A DNA stretch of 64,000 bases, taken from contig CM082576.2 in assembly GCA_040954595.2 (NCBI GenBank), positions 13,581,129 to 13,645,128 on the forward strand, given 5' to 3'. Every line of letters begins with the position of its first letter. The stretch's first letter is position 1. A program made the translations under genes and the position numbers. This document shows positions 1-14,088 of this stretch, in pieces. The stretch comes from Balanoglossus misakiensis (Eukaryota > Animalia > Hemichordata). The notes under the pieces are model-generated. The model searched no databases and was not told where the DNA came from. It worked only from the letters and a program-made list of their open reading frames with translations.

Positions 1-3000
1 CGCATCTCATTCTTTCTCGCTGACTTATCACTCACTCGCATGTAAGCTAATCCGGCGTTAAGTTGGCTATCGCCATGACGACCATCTCTGATAAGGACCA
101 GCCTTTTTTCATCTTAACCCTTTTGGTAATCTACTCGGCCGGGATATCAGATGGGAGATAGCTGATCAGTGAAATTTCATGGCTCGTGGCTAGTTTATTT
201 TCACATGTCTCGACTAATGAGCCGTTGCTCGGTGTTATTAGCAGTTCGCCTTGATTACAGATATGCGCGGATAGAAAGTCCTCTGCGCCCCCGTGAAACA
301 GAAGTTACGGCAGCCCTTGGCATCTCTGGTGATTGAAACCTCGGTGCATTTTAATACAATGGATTATATGCGGGTCTCAGCGGGCCCTCGGACCATTATT
401 AATCTTTGCCTGCCTCTCTCTCTTTACTCGGCTGACTTGACCACTTTTTTTAAAACAAAGATACTCCTTTGAAAAATTCACAAGCTGCTAATCTGGAGAG
501 GTCAGATCACAGACTGACAGCGGAGATTTGTCCACTGACACTTGGCATGATCCCCTTCGTGGAGAGTATTATTATTAAACACGGCGTTTTAACTAGTCCG
601 CGGGCCTCCGGCTTACGGTTCAAGTTGCACGTTTAAAAAAAAAACAGCCGTTGCAAATATCAGAAGTGAGCTATGCGATCTCTTAACCCCGAGAGGACAC
701 ATCGGAGGTTGACTGAAGATTACATCCCGTCAATGAGAAGACTCGGAAAAAGACACCCGATTCTCTACTTGAAAACTAAATCGAAATGTTACAAACGTTT
801 CTTGTATTATTCAAACTCGTTTAAAATTTCACCCTGTCATTCTTCCGACGTGCATCTATAGTTTTGGCGTGTTTCTTTCAAGTGGAGTTCGACAACCGAG
901 ATTAGTTTTTTTTCTATTCGGTACTGATTATTGCATTTCCATTTCCGAGAGTTTATTTCTGCCGTATTTTCGACGTCGCAGGGCAACGTAACAACATCAT
1001 GTACACGATGAAAAGATTAGACGATACAACTGCGTTGAAACGCGCATGCGCGGTATATTGTTGGGCAGTCAGGTATCCACGCACACATTTGCCTCACATC
1101 AACAGACACACACTCGATCGGTATCGATGGTAAATACGCAATTACAGCAAATATACACTGCATAATGAGAGGTGGGATTTTTTGTGTGAGCCAGATCAAA
1201 ATCTTATTCATGGATCGACTCGCACGATTTCTAAAACCGAGTATAATCGTCCTTCGCAAGGTCTTCGGTTTCAAGGTAACTTCACCGGAAGTGAGCATTA
1301 TACTCTCCCCTGTCGTCCTTGAGAAGTGGTAAACGTCACACAGGACACAGATTCGAACGTGATTGCTATAAAAAGATGGACTGAATCATTTCTTTTGGCG
1401 AGGGTAAAGGACCGAACGGCGCTGAACCTTCCCAAAAGCCACGGCGTGATGTCAGTCCACACAAATCGTCGCGGGTTTATTGGAAATGTGCTCGACAGAA
1501 GCAAAACGAAAGCGAACGTGTCGAAATTGAATTTCATGCACTCAATTTTGCTATTCCCTTCACCAGTCGCCAATTGCTATGCGATGGCGGAAACGCGCAT
1601 GTTTGTCCAGGCGGGTCACGATCCGCCTTTCATTATTCTCCATCGATTCCGAAATTGACACCTTTTTTCGGTCAAAAACTAACAAAGTGCAACTGTCCTC
1701 ACTAGAAACGTCATCTGGTTAACTTTGGCCGCCGTGTTCGGGCCCGCGACCAAAATGCGTTTATTCTAATAATGTAAATTTAATAAACTGCTCACAACAC
1801 ATTCGGTGTGTGTGTACCATAAGTCCGCTCGATTTCGCTGAGCATTCAGAGAAACAAAAGCGCTTTACGGTTACTGTGCGTAAATACGTGCCCAGCGTTT
1901 AGCTTCAATTGTGCAGCGACGCCGGTATGTTTGTTTTATTGAAAGGCACACTGTTATACCATATTGGGCACACTGCGACACAATAACGCGGGTTTTTTCA
2001 CCTATTTCATTTCATAACCATTATGTTCTGCGGAAGATAACAAAAAAGGCGCGTAATAATAAGCGAGGCGTAGTATGCCAGCACATGCCCCGGATCAACA
2101 GTTACTTTCCAGTATGTCCCGCAATATTGAGTGATTTGTTGTTGTTTTTCAGGAGGGGTGTCTTTTCACGTTCGTTTTCGGGGCATTCTTCCCAAGACTC
2201 ATAGCAGCGCCATTGTTCCGCTAATCACGGCGCTTTTGCTAAATACGCTGTTCACCCAAAACAGTGCTTTTGGCATCGTCTATACCATGCAGATGTCACA
2301 ATCCAGATTTGGCGACTAATCCCCCCATGAATAGTTCGCAGCTCCGACCAGATGTAGCCATGCTCTTGGTCAATGACTATTCAATATTGAACTATAAAGA
2401 TTTAAAAGAGGTGTTCCGAGCGGCATCGTCACTATGTGTGAAATTGGGTCCACTAGCAAAGCGTTTACAGCTTCTTAATGGCAATTACACACATGACTGA
2501 CACCAACAAAACACACCACACAAGATATCTTTATGCGGTATAAAAATACATACGCATTAAAAATATGGGGTATATCGATCGGTGAGAAGATGATGGGGGC
2601 TGGCGCACTGCTGCTGATAGGTATGCGCCGGGGGAAGGCGAAGCGAGAGGGGTCTCACTTGCAACGTGGCATTGCAGAGCAAACAAACGGACACAGAGCC
2701 GGCCGGATCATGGCAGAGCCTCGGCGTTTGTGTTCGTGCTTGAATGACTAACGCACTAACCCCTTCAGCTATAAAATGCACTATGCAATGAGAACAACTG
2801 CATTCCTACAACAGAAGAATTTCCTCTCGCCCAGTGAGTTCAATCGCAAAACATTTCTTGCCCACGGGATCGCGGGGGATTTGCTTAATACGGTCGTGTC
2901 ATGAGGATGGCGACGGGGGCATGAGAGCGGCGGCGGGGCAGTCGGACTCGGTCAAGAGAACTTCCTGCGGAGTTTGTGGCAGACGATGATGCCATCCACC

Positions 3001-6000
3001 GATCCCTTTCCTGTTTAACCTCAAATAAAAAAAATAAACGTATTCCCACGTTTTCCATCTCTTACAGGTAAGATGCTGTGGCAGGCTGGTGCCAATACTA
3101 TTGGCAATTGTTCATGCCATCGCATTGTCCAGCAGGGTATATAAGAAGAGCACCGCTGACCACCATGAAATGAAAAGTGCTTTGGCGCGAATCAACCGTT
3201 ACTAAAACTGATGCAGACGACAGAAATAAAACGTGGCCATTTTGGAGAAAAGTATGCTACTACAAACACCTAAAATCAGATGGAAACCCAGAGTTTGTTG
3301 TTGTGTTTTATACGGTGACAGGATTAATCACCGAGCAGACGGGCGGGGGTAAACACTCATTTGAAGTAACCATTGAGAGGCACAGTTGGCTGTTCCCATT
3401 CTTCGGCAAAATTGGGCATATTAAAAGCGTACCTTGCCGACGCTTACTTAAGTCAAATAGGAGTCTTTGTGGCTTATTTTCGCTTGACATGAACTCTATG
3501 CCCGTGCCACCTGTATAATGCTATCAAGGCAGTTTCTGCGGGACTTTTATCCGCGCGGGCTTAGGAGGCTTAAGTTATACAAAGAAATGGCCCAGTAATT
3601 GGTTTAATATGCCAGTTCTATCAGTCTCGCTTTCAACATATTTTTCTGCACTTGAAAGGAGGAAAGCATGACACCTTTTGACGGTTTAAAGAGTTTGCGA
3701 GTGCTTTCAAACAACACTCGGCCAATAATAAAGCCTGTGTTTTAAAGGAGGAAAATGGGCACAATTGAGTTTGTACAAGCGTGAAATCTATACAACACTG
3801 TTTAGGATTTAGACTTGCTTTTAAGTTAGCCTCTTTTTAGTCGATTTCCAACAACAAAGGGTGATCCTTCGCATACTGCCTCTACATTAAAACTATACCC
3901 GAAATGATCAACGCCAGCTTGGCCCAAAACATATTCATAACACTTGGCACTTTTTTTGCTGGTGCCCACGACGAGGATGGGTAGCCAGCCATCTTTTACT
4001 TCTGGTCGCCGCACCCGTTAAATTTTCCCCCCATCTGTGCCTCGGTATTAAGTTGAAAGCGTCGTGAATGCATTCATGTTTGAAGGGCTAGAGGGCAGTT
4101 GTCGCTTTTCTTTCGTGTTGCCGGGGCTTGGTGGGCGCATGGCTCGAAAACGAGGACAACATTTGGACCATCACACCCGCACCGTCGCTCTCTCTCTCTC
4201 TCTTTAAAAAAAAAGAGGAGGACGCTGTGTTATATGGATTCATGTCCTCGCTGCAAAGATGCCGGGAAAATTCGTTCGGATGCGGGCATCTGCGGCGCTA
4301 CCCGGGACCTGTTGATGAGAACGAGACCACTCTAATATGGAGGCGGGACATTTGGTTACTTTCAGCAGTTCCACCATCCAAAAAGCTGTAAACAATCGCG
4401 ACTGGGGCACCTATACAAACAGGCATCGCTCGGCATTGAGAAAATGCCATATTCGCCTGCGGGGAGAAGCCGCCCGCTTGATATTTTTTCAGCTTGTGGA
4501 TCGGGCAGAAGGTGGCCGGGTGATTGAAGGGCTGATCCGCCTAATCCTGCCTCCCGCCGCTTCCTAATGAATTGCACTATTTATTAACCCTCCCCAGCAA
4601 TTAGCGGAGCTATTCTGTTACCAATTTTGAAAGAGAAAAATATACAAGCATGCTCGGTTTACCGCCGTCGTGCTGAGATATGTGTTCCACATGACAGAAA
4701 TGAAGCCTATCGGATTCGCGTCGGTGTCCCAAATTACGCGTATCACGATTGGTTCCAAACCTATCCGTTTTCATGTGTATATACGAGTACGTGAACATTT
4801 CATCAAAGATCATCACCGGCGCTGAGTCGAGTGCGTCCGCGCTCTCATCTCGCTAGCTCTTCCTTTTTGAATAACACTTTCTGATTACACTCAGAGGGGG
4901 AAAAAACATCACGGAATAATAACGGTAAAGTGGTTAACACGCCCGCACATTGTCAGGCTATCGTGTCGACGCTGCGGGTAAAGTTTCGAGCGGCCCTGGC
5001 AACAATGTACAATATACTCTAAATTGCCCCGCGCTAATAAAATATGCAGCCGAGCCTGACTATACTGAGGCGAGGGGTGTAAAGATCAGAGGGAGGTGAG
5101 GGCTGGTCATTGTTGCCCATTGAAAAACCCTCAGTTTGATTCGTGCAAAATATGTTTCCGTTATGGCAAGAAAAGAAGAAAATTGCACCAGGAGTTGTTT
5201 CTGCTTTACACAGGATGTTGTCTTTTATATTGTGGTAAATGACAGCCGTCGATCACACAGGCGCGTTTCAATGAGCAACGGCATCCAAATCTCAGGATGT
5301 AATAATGCATTACTGTGGGCGCAGTACATGTGGAAGTACGTCAATCTCTTTGCATGTGTGGCCTCCGCCAATAGCCCCATTTAGTCAGCGCGCGTTGAGC
5401 CTCAATGGAAAATCGATATGATATGAGGTATTTGATTTACGCTGTTTCCGTTTCGTCAATAAAACATTAATGAGAAATACATGATCGGAACCTGTGCATT
5501 TTTGCAGTGTTTTTCTGAACTAAAGCATCCTTTGCGGTCGCCGGGTAAATTGGCGCGAGTCTGCCTGTCTCATTTCTTTAAATCCTCTGATGATGTTCGC
5601 TTTTAGCGGGCTGAATGAGCGAAATTTCCGCCTCTTGCTTCGCGGAATGATTCACGAAACTACTAATACACACGATGCTTGTTTTGTGTTTGCCATGCTA
5701 AGGCAGAAGTGTGTCTCAAGTTTTGATGAAAATGTTTAATGACGTCTATGGTCTTCGACGAGTGTTGGTGACGACGTTGCCACGTCCTCGTGCTAATGAT
5801 CCACAGATCATTGAACGGAAAGCTCGCTACTGGAATTGGAAATGATAGCTACGCTGCGACGAATTTGACTCTCGCTTCGCACGTATATATATATAAAAAA
5901 GCCAGCCTAGCCAAGTATAGGCGACGGCCGACAAGGGACCCGCTCTAAACATCAAGAAAGGCGATAGACGAAAGCATTGTTGAGATGTCACTCGGGACCC

Positions 6001-6661
6001 GGCTTGTAAAGAGATGCATCACCCGCCAAACGCGGAAGGTGCCGCGTCAGTAGAGAATTCCATCTGACCTTCTCTTTTTTTTTCTCCTGGAAAATCTCGC
6101 CAGTTTTCTAAATTCGTGATTTAATGTACGCAGTGAATGGCTGCACTTTAGCTGTCGCGCGAAATTCGCGCCTGCTGCCGCTTGTTTTATCCGGCAACTA
6201 CAGAGGTTAGCAAACCGTGCACGCCGGCCGTTATGCGGGGAATGCCTCTCCACCTCTGATCATAATAATGCTAATTGAGCATGAGGCAATTTATGAACTA
6301 AAACCTGATACGGTATGGGAATTTCGATAACTTGCGTGTTTTTCACACCAAAGTGACAGCGAGTCAAATTCTCCCTCTCTCGTGTCACTCCGACTCCCAG
6401 TCTCGGATTTCAACCGTCTTCGCACAAGCCAGGCGTCCTATCTGGGGAAAATGTCTTGATTAAATTCTGCTAACACAGATAGGGGCAAATAGCGCACTCT
6501 TAAACGAACCTAATCCCAGAGATGTAAAATATATCGCCTGACATGATCTGCACCGGAGTCGCGCTGGCGTTGAAAGTGCCATCTTAAATGTCTGCATAAA
6601 ATTTATGAAATGGGAATTTAATTTCATGTAATGGTACCTCAAACCCTTCGGAGAGCTTTTC

Positions 6662-6724
6662 ACGCCTAGTAAGCTTAAACTCAAAATCTGACGCCTAGTA
6701 AGCTTAAACTCAAAATCTGACGCC
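6662..6724 (+). repeat. Perfect 29-bp tandem duplication
   Basis: ACGCCTAGTAAGCTTAAACTCAAAATCTG x2 followed by ACGCC. Confidence 0.95.
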
Positions 6725-8761
6725 GTAAGAAAAATTTTACACAAATTCGGTAAACAGTCCCCGTGGCGAGCGTATAGTCTTCTCATTTGCGCAATCAGTA
6801 TCTACAGTACACGAATTTGCTGCCGATGAAATTTCTTTGATTTGAAAAAAATGTGACGAGTACTAATTTGAAAGTGGTACTCAAGGCACATGATCTGTCC
6901 ACGAGGAAATCTCATTATTAAAAAAAATACCCCTTCACGCAATTTTGTCTGTTAAAAACTCATCCATGTTTTGTGTACAAACTTCTAGGCGACCCCATCT
7001 ACATCGATTGAAAAGGGCCAATAGTTGAAGACTGGCTTTACGTTTCAATGGTTTCAATGCCATCATGAGCATGCGTGATTCCGGAGACTGCTCTGTTTTT
7101 TTTTTCTCGCACTGGACTCGAATTAAGTGCTGCATATTCGGAAAAGCCGTCGTTATAACAGAATAAAACGCGCATTCTCCTCTGGATTGGGGACTTGAAA
7201 CACTACTGACCACGATTGTGGTAAAAAATTCCAATTATTCGTAGGAGATGCCTGCCAGATTGCCTATAGGACACGGATTGTTCGGCATCGTAATTCCTTA
7301 AAATGCTCCGAAATCGGTTGTAATCGTCTTTTCCGTTTGTTCCGATGCACTGAGCTGGGGTGGAAATGCCAATCGTTTCGCTTTTCACGAACCGCTTGTG
7401 GCTTCGGGCTACCTAATACCCCCATCTCCAATATTTTTTTTTCCTTATCCGCGGCGCAGCGGGTTTTCATTTTCATATTTTTTTTGAGAGAGAGAACAAA
7501 ATCTGGAGACAGATTACATTGCATGAGAAAAAGCGCCGTGATGAAATTGCCGGCGAGCGATGATCCACCAAGGGCGGTGTAACAATGGCCGGCATAAATA
7601 AACAGCATTGTTTTGGAAAAGGGTTCTGACAGATAAGCTGGGGCAGAAAATGAAAATGAAGAGCGTAATGGCGAGATAAATTGAGATTACATCAAACTGG
7701 CGTTTGTGTACTTAAAATCCAATCTCCTCTCCATACACGCGATGCTTTAATGACGTTGGATTTGCCGAGTCACGTGATCGACGTGTGGTTTAGAAACGTC
7801 TTTTCAAAAAAATAAAAATCCGCCCAAACCAAACAAACTGCTAAATACAGCCAAACCCACCGAGGAGAGAAAATCGCTACAGTCAGTCGCTGACAAGGAC
7901 GACAGAATGACTTTAATTTCTTAGAGATTTCCATTGTGTTGGTAATGCAGGTGACTCGACCCCCGCGATAAGATATAAATTGCGACGGTCTGTTATCCAG
8001 GTGTTTCGCGCCAATTCAATCGCACTTTACTGCTCGGGTTGTGTCGGTGAAAATACGAGTTGTTCGCGTGGCATAATACCGGCGCGCCACTCCAACGCTT
8101 ACCAGATATTCATTTAATGCGCATTTCGAGGCAAACATCTGTGTATCAGGGGCCATTGATATGGATGACCGATCAGGCACGCGGGTCTGTGTGCTCGCAA
8201 TTTCCCCTAACAACGGCTGGAAGAGACCAATTCCAAAATGGTTGAATAAACGCGTTCAGAGTCCACCTAGGTGGTATCAGATAAACAATGCCGTCGCACT
8301 AAATGGCGATATGCACACTTTTTTTTGGAAAAAAATACTCAAACAGCTTGAGAAAAATGGCTCTTTGAAACACAAGATCCATTGTGGTCTCCTAGCCTTT
8401 TGTAGAGCGCTAACGGCTGGTTGAAAACTGCCGGCTTTACAAATGGAACGATCTGTATTCATGTCGGAAACATCGAACAATTTGAAGGGGTGACTTCCGT
8501 CTGTCACCTTGACGACTGATCTTACACGAATGTGGAGCGCAGTCGCACCGATGTCCACCGTGACCCCCGGATTGGTGGACACGAATCCCCTTGACTAAAA
8601 TAAAAATAGTTTGACATTGGAGTTGAACAGTCGCTAAGCCCTTCACCGGGGAGGTTTGATATCCTGAATACCGAGCTTATAGAGAACAATGAGATTTGCA
8701 AATACAGCAACAAGTATACACGGTGTTTCCAGATGCACTCGAAGGATTCCCGTTAATGTGT

Positions 8762-8815
8762 GTTCACATGGCAACGGTTTCTGTTAATTTACTTTAATTA
8801 GCGGCCGCCATTTTG
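8762..8815 (+). promoter_or_regulatory. X-box-like plus YY1 motif pair
   Basis: GTTCACATGGCAAC 8762-75; TTAATTA; GCCGCCATTTTG 8804-15. Confidence 0.3.
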
Positions 8816-11800
8816 TCACAATATTTCACAATTTGAGTATCGGTGACCGGTTCGGCTATACATGTACTCCCATTCGCCATGATTAACCGCGAACGGGGCG
8901 TGGACAGACAACGAGAGAATAAACAGGGATCATATTCGCCCGGGCCACCCGTTGACAGTTGGGGTAGAGAGAGAGAGCACCCTTTGAACCAGCGAACAGC
9001 GACATCTGGCATATTTGTCGACGTAGCGGGGAAAAGGATACTCTTATATGGGGTGGGACGCCCAGTCTATGTATAGAAGTGCAATGTAGACATATACCTC
9101 TGTTCTGACGCTCACTTTCAATTGATATGGATGGTGGCGCTGTGAGAAATACCGAGAAAACTGTACTTTGGTCAAATGATGGACTCGAAGCAGTTGTCAC
9201 TAAATACGTAAATTGTCCATCTGGGACGAAAAGACGTGTGTGATTAACGAAGATCTTTACTTGAACACTTTCCTTCTGGTTTCAACAGTTACTATCCACT
9301 CTTTAGACCATAGACATTTATCAGTGATTTCATTCTGAAGAATCTCAAAAGGCAACAAGTGGTTTTCGTACGTGGCGAACCATTTTCGCTGCCCAACGCC
9401 AGCCGACCGGTCTTCCAGTGTCGTGCGTTAAATGTCATATGTATACCTGTACCTGTACAAGCAGACCCAAACCAACGCCCGTGCTTCTGCGATAGACTGC
9501 ATCTAAACATTATTACATGCAATACCAATCCCTTTTCATCAATTCCGAGCAAGTCTTTATAATACGATGACGTCACGACACAGAGCAGACTTTTGCTTAT
9601 CAAAAACGATGGCGTTAACGAAAAACCATGAGATGGGACCGAAGAAGACGAACTCTTCAAAGTGATTTAGTCTGTCGAGTTTCATGTGATATCCATAGAA
9701 ATACGGTGGTAAATTCTATGCACAATAGAACAGAATTGTCATACTGTATAGAACAAACACAATTTTAGTAAACCAATATCATGAAAACATTTGCGTTAAA
9801 TAATTATGGAATTCGAAAATGGAATCAACCTTACCAAATCACGTAGCAAGGAAATCGGCGATTATTTTTCATTGTTTAAGCAAGGCTGAAGTGATTTTTT
9901 TTAAATTTTCAATTGTATCATTTTATCATATCAATGGTCTTTATTCGGTTCATTGCGTATCTATTGTATCATTACATTTGTACAAAAACAGGGTGAGCAT
10001 TCCATTGATAATATGCCATGGAACCGCCCCCATGTCTGCGTTCTCATGTCTTCTTCCATGACTTCCTACCACGCCGTCCATCACCAAGTTCAAATTCCCC
10101 CAGCGCCGCGGGACCACTTTTAATAATTACGACCTCGATTTCCAGTATGCATTGATACGCTATCTGTTACTGAAACTTTTTGTCATCACAAACATTTATG
10201 TCGGATCATACCGTGGCTTCTGTTTATTCAGAATTTCACGTCGACCGGGTGGCTTTGTTGTTGATGCTGTCATCACGTTCAAAATCACTGAGCGCTCCCC
10301 GCTGTGGCGAGACTCGCCAGCGCATATTTCAGAGAAACAATACCTTCGACGCTGTCATTCCGTTCATACTGAGAAAGTTTATTGATAACCGCGGTGGGCG
10401 CAAGATCGGTGAACGTGTTACTTGGACTTGACGGTCAGCTCATGAGCTGAAACGTGTATCATATCTGTACACACACTGTTCATATCCAGGGTAGCTTCGC
10501 CATCTTCTTCTATCTTACGTTGTATTCAATAACCACTTTTTTAAGTCTCCCCTGCGACTTTTAAGTAATTATTTTAAAGTCTAATCGAGGGGAATTTTTG
10601 CAGTCCGATACAGGGCGGCTTGCAGACAACTGTCCACTTATGAACTTCACAGAATCTGGAATTATTTTCTTCTGTGCTGTCTTACCGAATTTAGCCTCGT
10701 CAAATACGGCTCAGTAAAGCTTTTCACGCTCGAACCAAGTCACCATTTCATTGACAATGTTTGCGGGATGAGATTTATAGAAAATGACAGAAACTAGTGC
10801 TGCAGTAACTTGTTTGAATAATATACAGTGTGTTTTAATACAAGCGCCATATAGAAATAAGAATATGACAGCCCGAATATGGAACTATGAGCTCCCTATG
10901 AGACCCGGCAGTCACTATGAGACCACTCGCCCTCCTGCGTCGGGCGCGTGATCACCTTCGCTCGCGCTCTCCTGTAAATATATATTTTAGGAAATCAATA
11001 TTTTTCATAACTGTATGTTTGAAATCCCAGTGACGGTGAAGAAAAATCATAGACGTAATATTGGATGCGATACCTGCAGTGTCATGCCCGCTCGTTTCAA
11101 CATGGTTAGGATACCGGGGCATTTTTGGTGTACATAAAACTGTCTGGAAATATTAAAACCGGGATCAGAACAAAACTTGAAGCATCCATACCGCTAATAT
11201 CGATACCAACTATCACGGTCTCTACAATCGATGGAGTTAACTCTCGTAAATACGCGTTAGAAAGCAATCGATGTAAACAAATCCGGTCACCCCTCAATAC
11301 CAGTTCCATTTGATTATCAAAAAGTCATTATTTGATAATCGAGGCCGTGATTTAAATCCGCTGCTAATTATCAACTTATTATTGTTTGCGTAAAGAATCG
11401 TGAATTCATTTAGTCCGCATCATTCATGTATCGTCCCGTTCAATAACTTTCATGGCCGTCATTCAAAACGATTGAGTGGAGACTCCAGCGCGCACAATCC
11501 ATCCCATGACATGACCAGAGTTCGGTTAAATAATCCCTTTAGTCGAAAACCATTTATCGGATCGATATTTCGGCATTTTGTTTTTCTACGGTGATAATAA
11601 CCTGAGCGCGGTTGACTACGTGTGTGTTCCGTGTAGAGTCAGCAGAACAGTGTTACCTTGCAGCGCTGGCCACTTTCAAGGTAACCACCGCTTTTCAAAA
11701 CAAACAAGAATATATTCCATCTGTCCATGCATGGAGTTAGATGGAAGAAAAATGTGATCTAACTTATTTCAACAGTCTATAGCTTTGCAATAAATAAATA

Positions 11801-14088
11801 AACGGTATATCTCCCAGGCTTTACTAGTAATACCGACTCGTACAAAGTGCGAATCTTTCCATAGATAGATAACGCGTACGACCAACATCATACAAATGTA
11901 TATCACGACTGCATTTCTTCGCAGTGTTGCCATCATGGATGTTACAACGATGATTGGAGTTGTCGCCTCTCCGTCGTGTAACCTATATTGTTAGCTCATC
12001 ATACAGACCTTTATCATTCGACAAAAGGCGAACGATTCAATGGCCCCAATTAGCAAGGTACAACTAACTATACCAGGAAGCCGGGTCATTGTATCTGATT
12101 GATTTGGTGTTTAGCGTGGCAGATTTCTATACAAACGATGATTTGTACCGGTACTCTTGGAATGTTTGCTTTCCTCAGGCTGAGCCCAGTATCCGAGTGT
12201 GTTCATCAATGCAACGCTTGTTTGTCAACACTCAGTGAATAAAAGAAAAGATGATAGAAACATCCTAGATCTTAAAAATATTTTTTTTTCTTTCTATTTA
12301 AACGATTATGTGTAAGGCACGTTTTATTGTGTGCCTTTTAATTAAAAGTCCACCGTCACGATGAACAACGACAGACATGTTTGAAAGTCCGGTCAAACGA
12401 AACAGGGACTGTGATCTTTTTCCATAGGCAGTTTATGTCTTATATAGTATTCATTCCATACCATAATATGGTAAAACAACAAGATGGGTTCAAAACGTTT
12501 GATTTGGCAGAATATTAAACTCTAATCAAGAAGTTGACGGTCAGCACAACCACAACCTTCCTTGCGTCTGTATTGTTTTAGAAATATATGGACAGCCATA
12601 AATGCCGAGAATTGGCTTTTTTTGGGGGGGGGGCATACAATTTCCGATATTGGTAGATACCCAGCTGCTCTTAACTATCACGATATACGCATTCGTTGCT
12701 CTTTTAAGACCGGGAAAGTAGAAAGGTTGATTCCCTGGCAGGATGTAATGTCGGTGGGGCTGATTCCAATGGCATCTGAAGTGAGTGACCGTGGACTGGG
12801 GCACGGTGGAGTGTGGAGTCCGTGGGCGAAGTAACCTTCAGTTAGAGGGTTTGTACTTGTGAATGCAGTCAATTATCGTAGACAATGCCAAAACATGCAA
12901 ATTGTGCCATTGTGTTAAGAGCTTACACTTGCACTTCCTCGCCGGACGTCAACATGGCCTTTACAAACAAGGCAAAACTCTTCGTCTCATTGAGAACATT
13001 TGGAATATCATTTTCGCTGGCCTGCGGTGACGCCGGAGGATACATCCAACAAAACACCACGTGACACTGAGTACCACCGAGGGAACAAAGCCACCCCCCC
13101 TCCCCCCTCCATGATCCCACAGAGGGACTGTGCACGAAACAAGCAAACTACATACCAAACTATAGTCATATCTCAGAATAAACGTCATAGCACAGTTCCC
13201 TATCACAGGGACGACTGTGATCTTACTCTTGGGTAGAAGAAAAACCACCCCTCTTCCTTATGGCCATGATTTCACCAAATGAAAAGGTCACAATTTCATA
13301 CCTTTTTTTTTTGGGGGGGGGGGTCGTTTTACATCAATTATAATGAGCATTTAAGTAAAACAATTCTAATGTAGCGGTAACTGATTTGTGAAGTTAAGTG
13401 GACATCACGTGACCTTTCTCCGCATAATTTCAATTAAATTCCTATTGAAGGGGATACAACCATCTTGCTCCAGGGTCTATGATACAACCTACCTCCTTGA
13501 CAGAACATTGACACTACTGAACGTTTGACTGAATTAGCCCACATCCATTGTTCTAAAAAGGTGTCGATGTCATTAGCCGCGAATTTCCCGTGTAACGCTC
13601 TTTTGTTTCAGTTCTTCGCTGGTCCCCCGAGGAACTTCTGATTGTTCGAAAGTAATTGATCCACAGTAGTCTTTTAAATATCTTGTCATTAACAGGAAGC
13701 CGCCAATTAAACCCATTCAATGTGTCAGAACACGGGTCTTGCGTGGTGATACAAGTACAGGCATGAATCTAGACTTGCTCCAAGTCTATCGGCTTCATTA
13801 TGTGTAGGGAACGCGTATAGGCTTCGTCGACTCTACCCGAAACCACAAGCTCAGTCCAAAATTCGAAACTCACCTCATTACCAAAAACACGCTCAAGGCA
13901 AGCATGCACGCAAAAAGTATTGCAATTATTTATTAAGACAAAAAACCACCGAAAACACAAAAAGTATTGAGATTTAAAAATCACCGAGCGACAAGTGGGC
14001 TACTCTAGCATGACTCCTCTTTTACTGAGATACAAATGCGATACAAATGAACCTTCTATCTTGTTAGAACTCAAAAGTTGCAGCATAA

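Noticed and set aside
12313-12337. TAAGGCACG...GTGCCTT hairpin with a miR-124-like start
   Set aside because: Match stops after 9 nt and the hairpin is far too short for a pre-miRNA.
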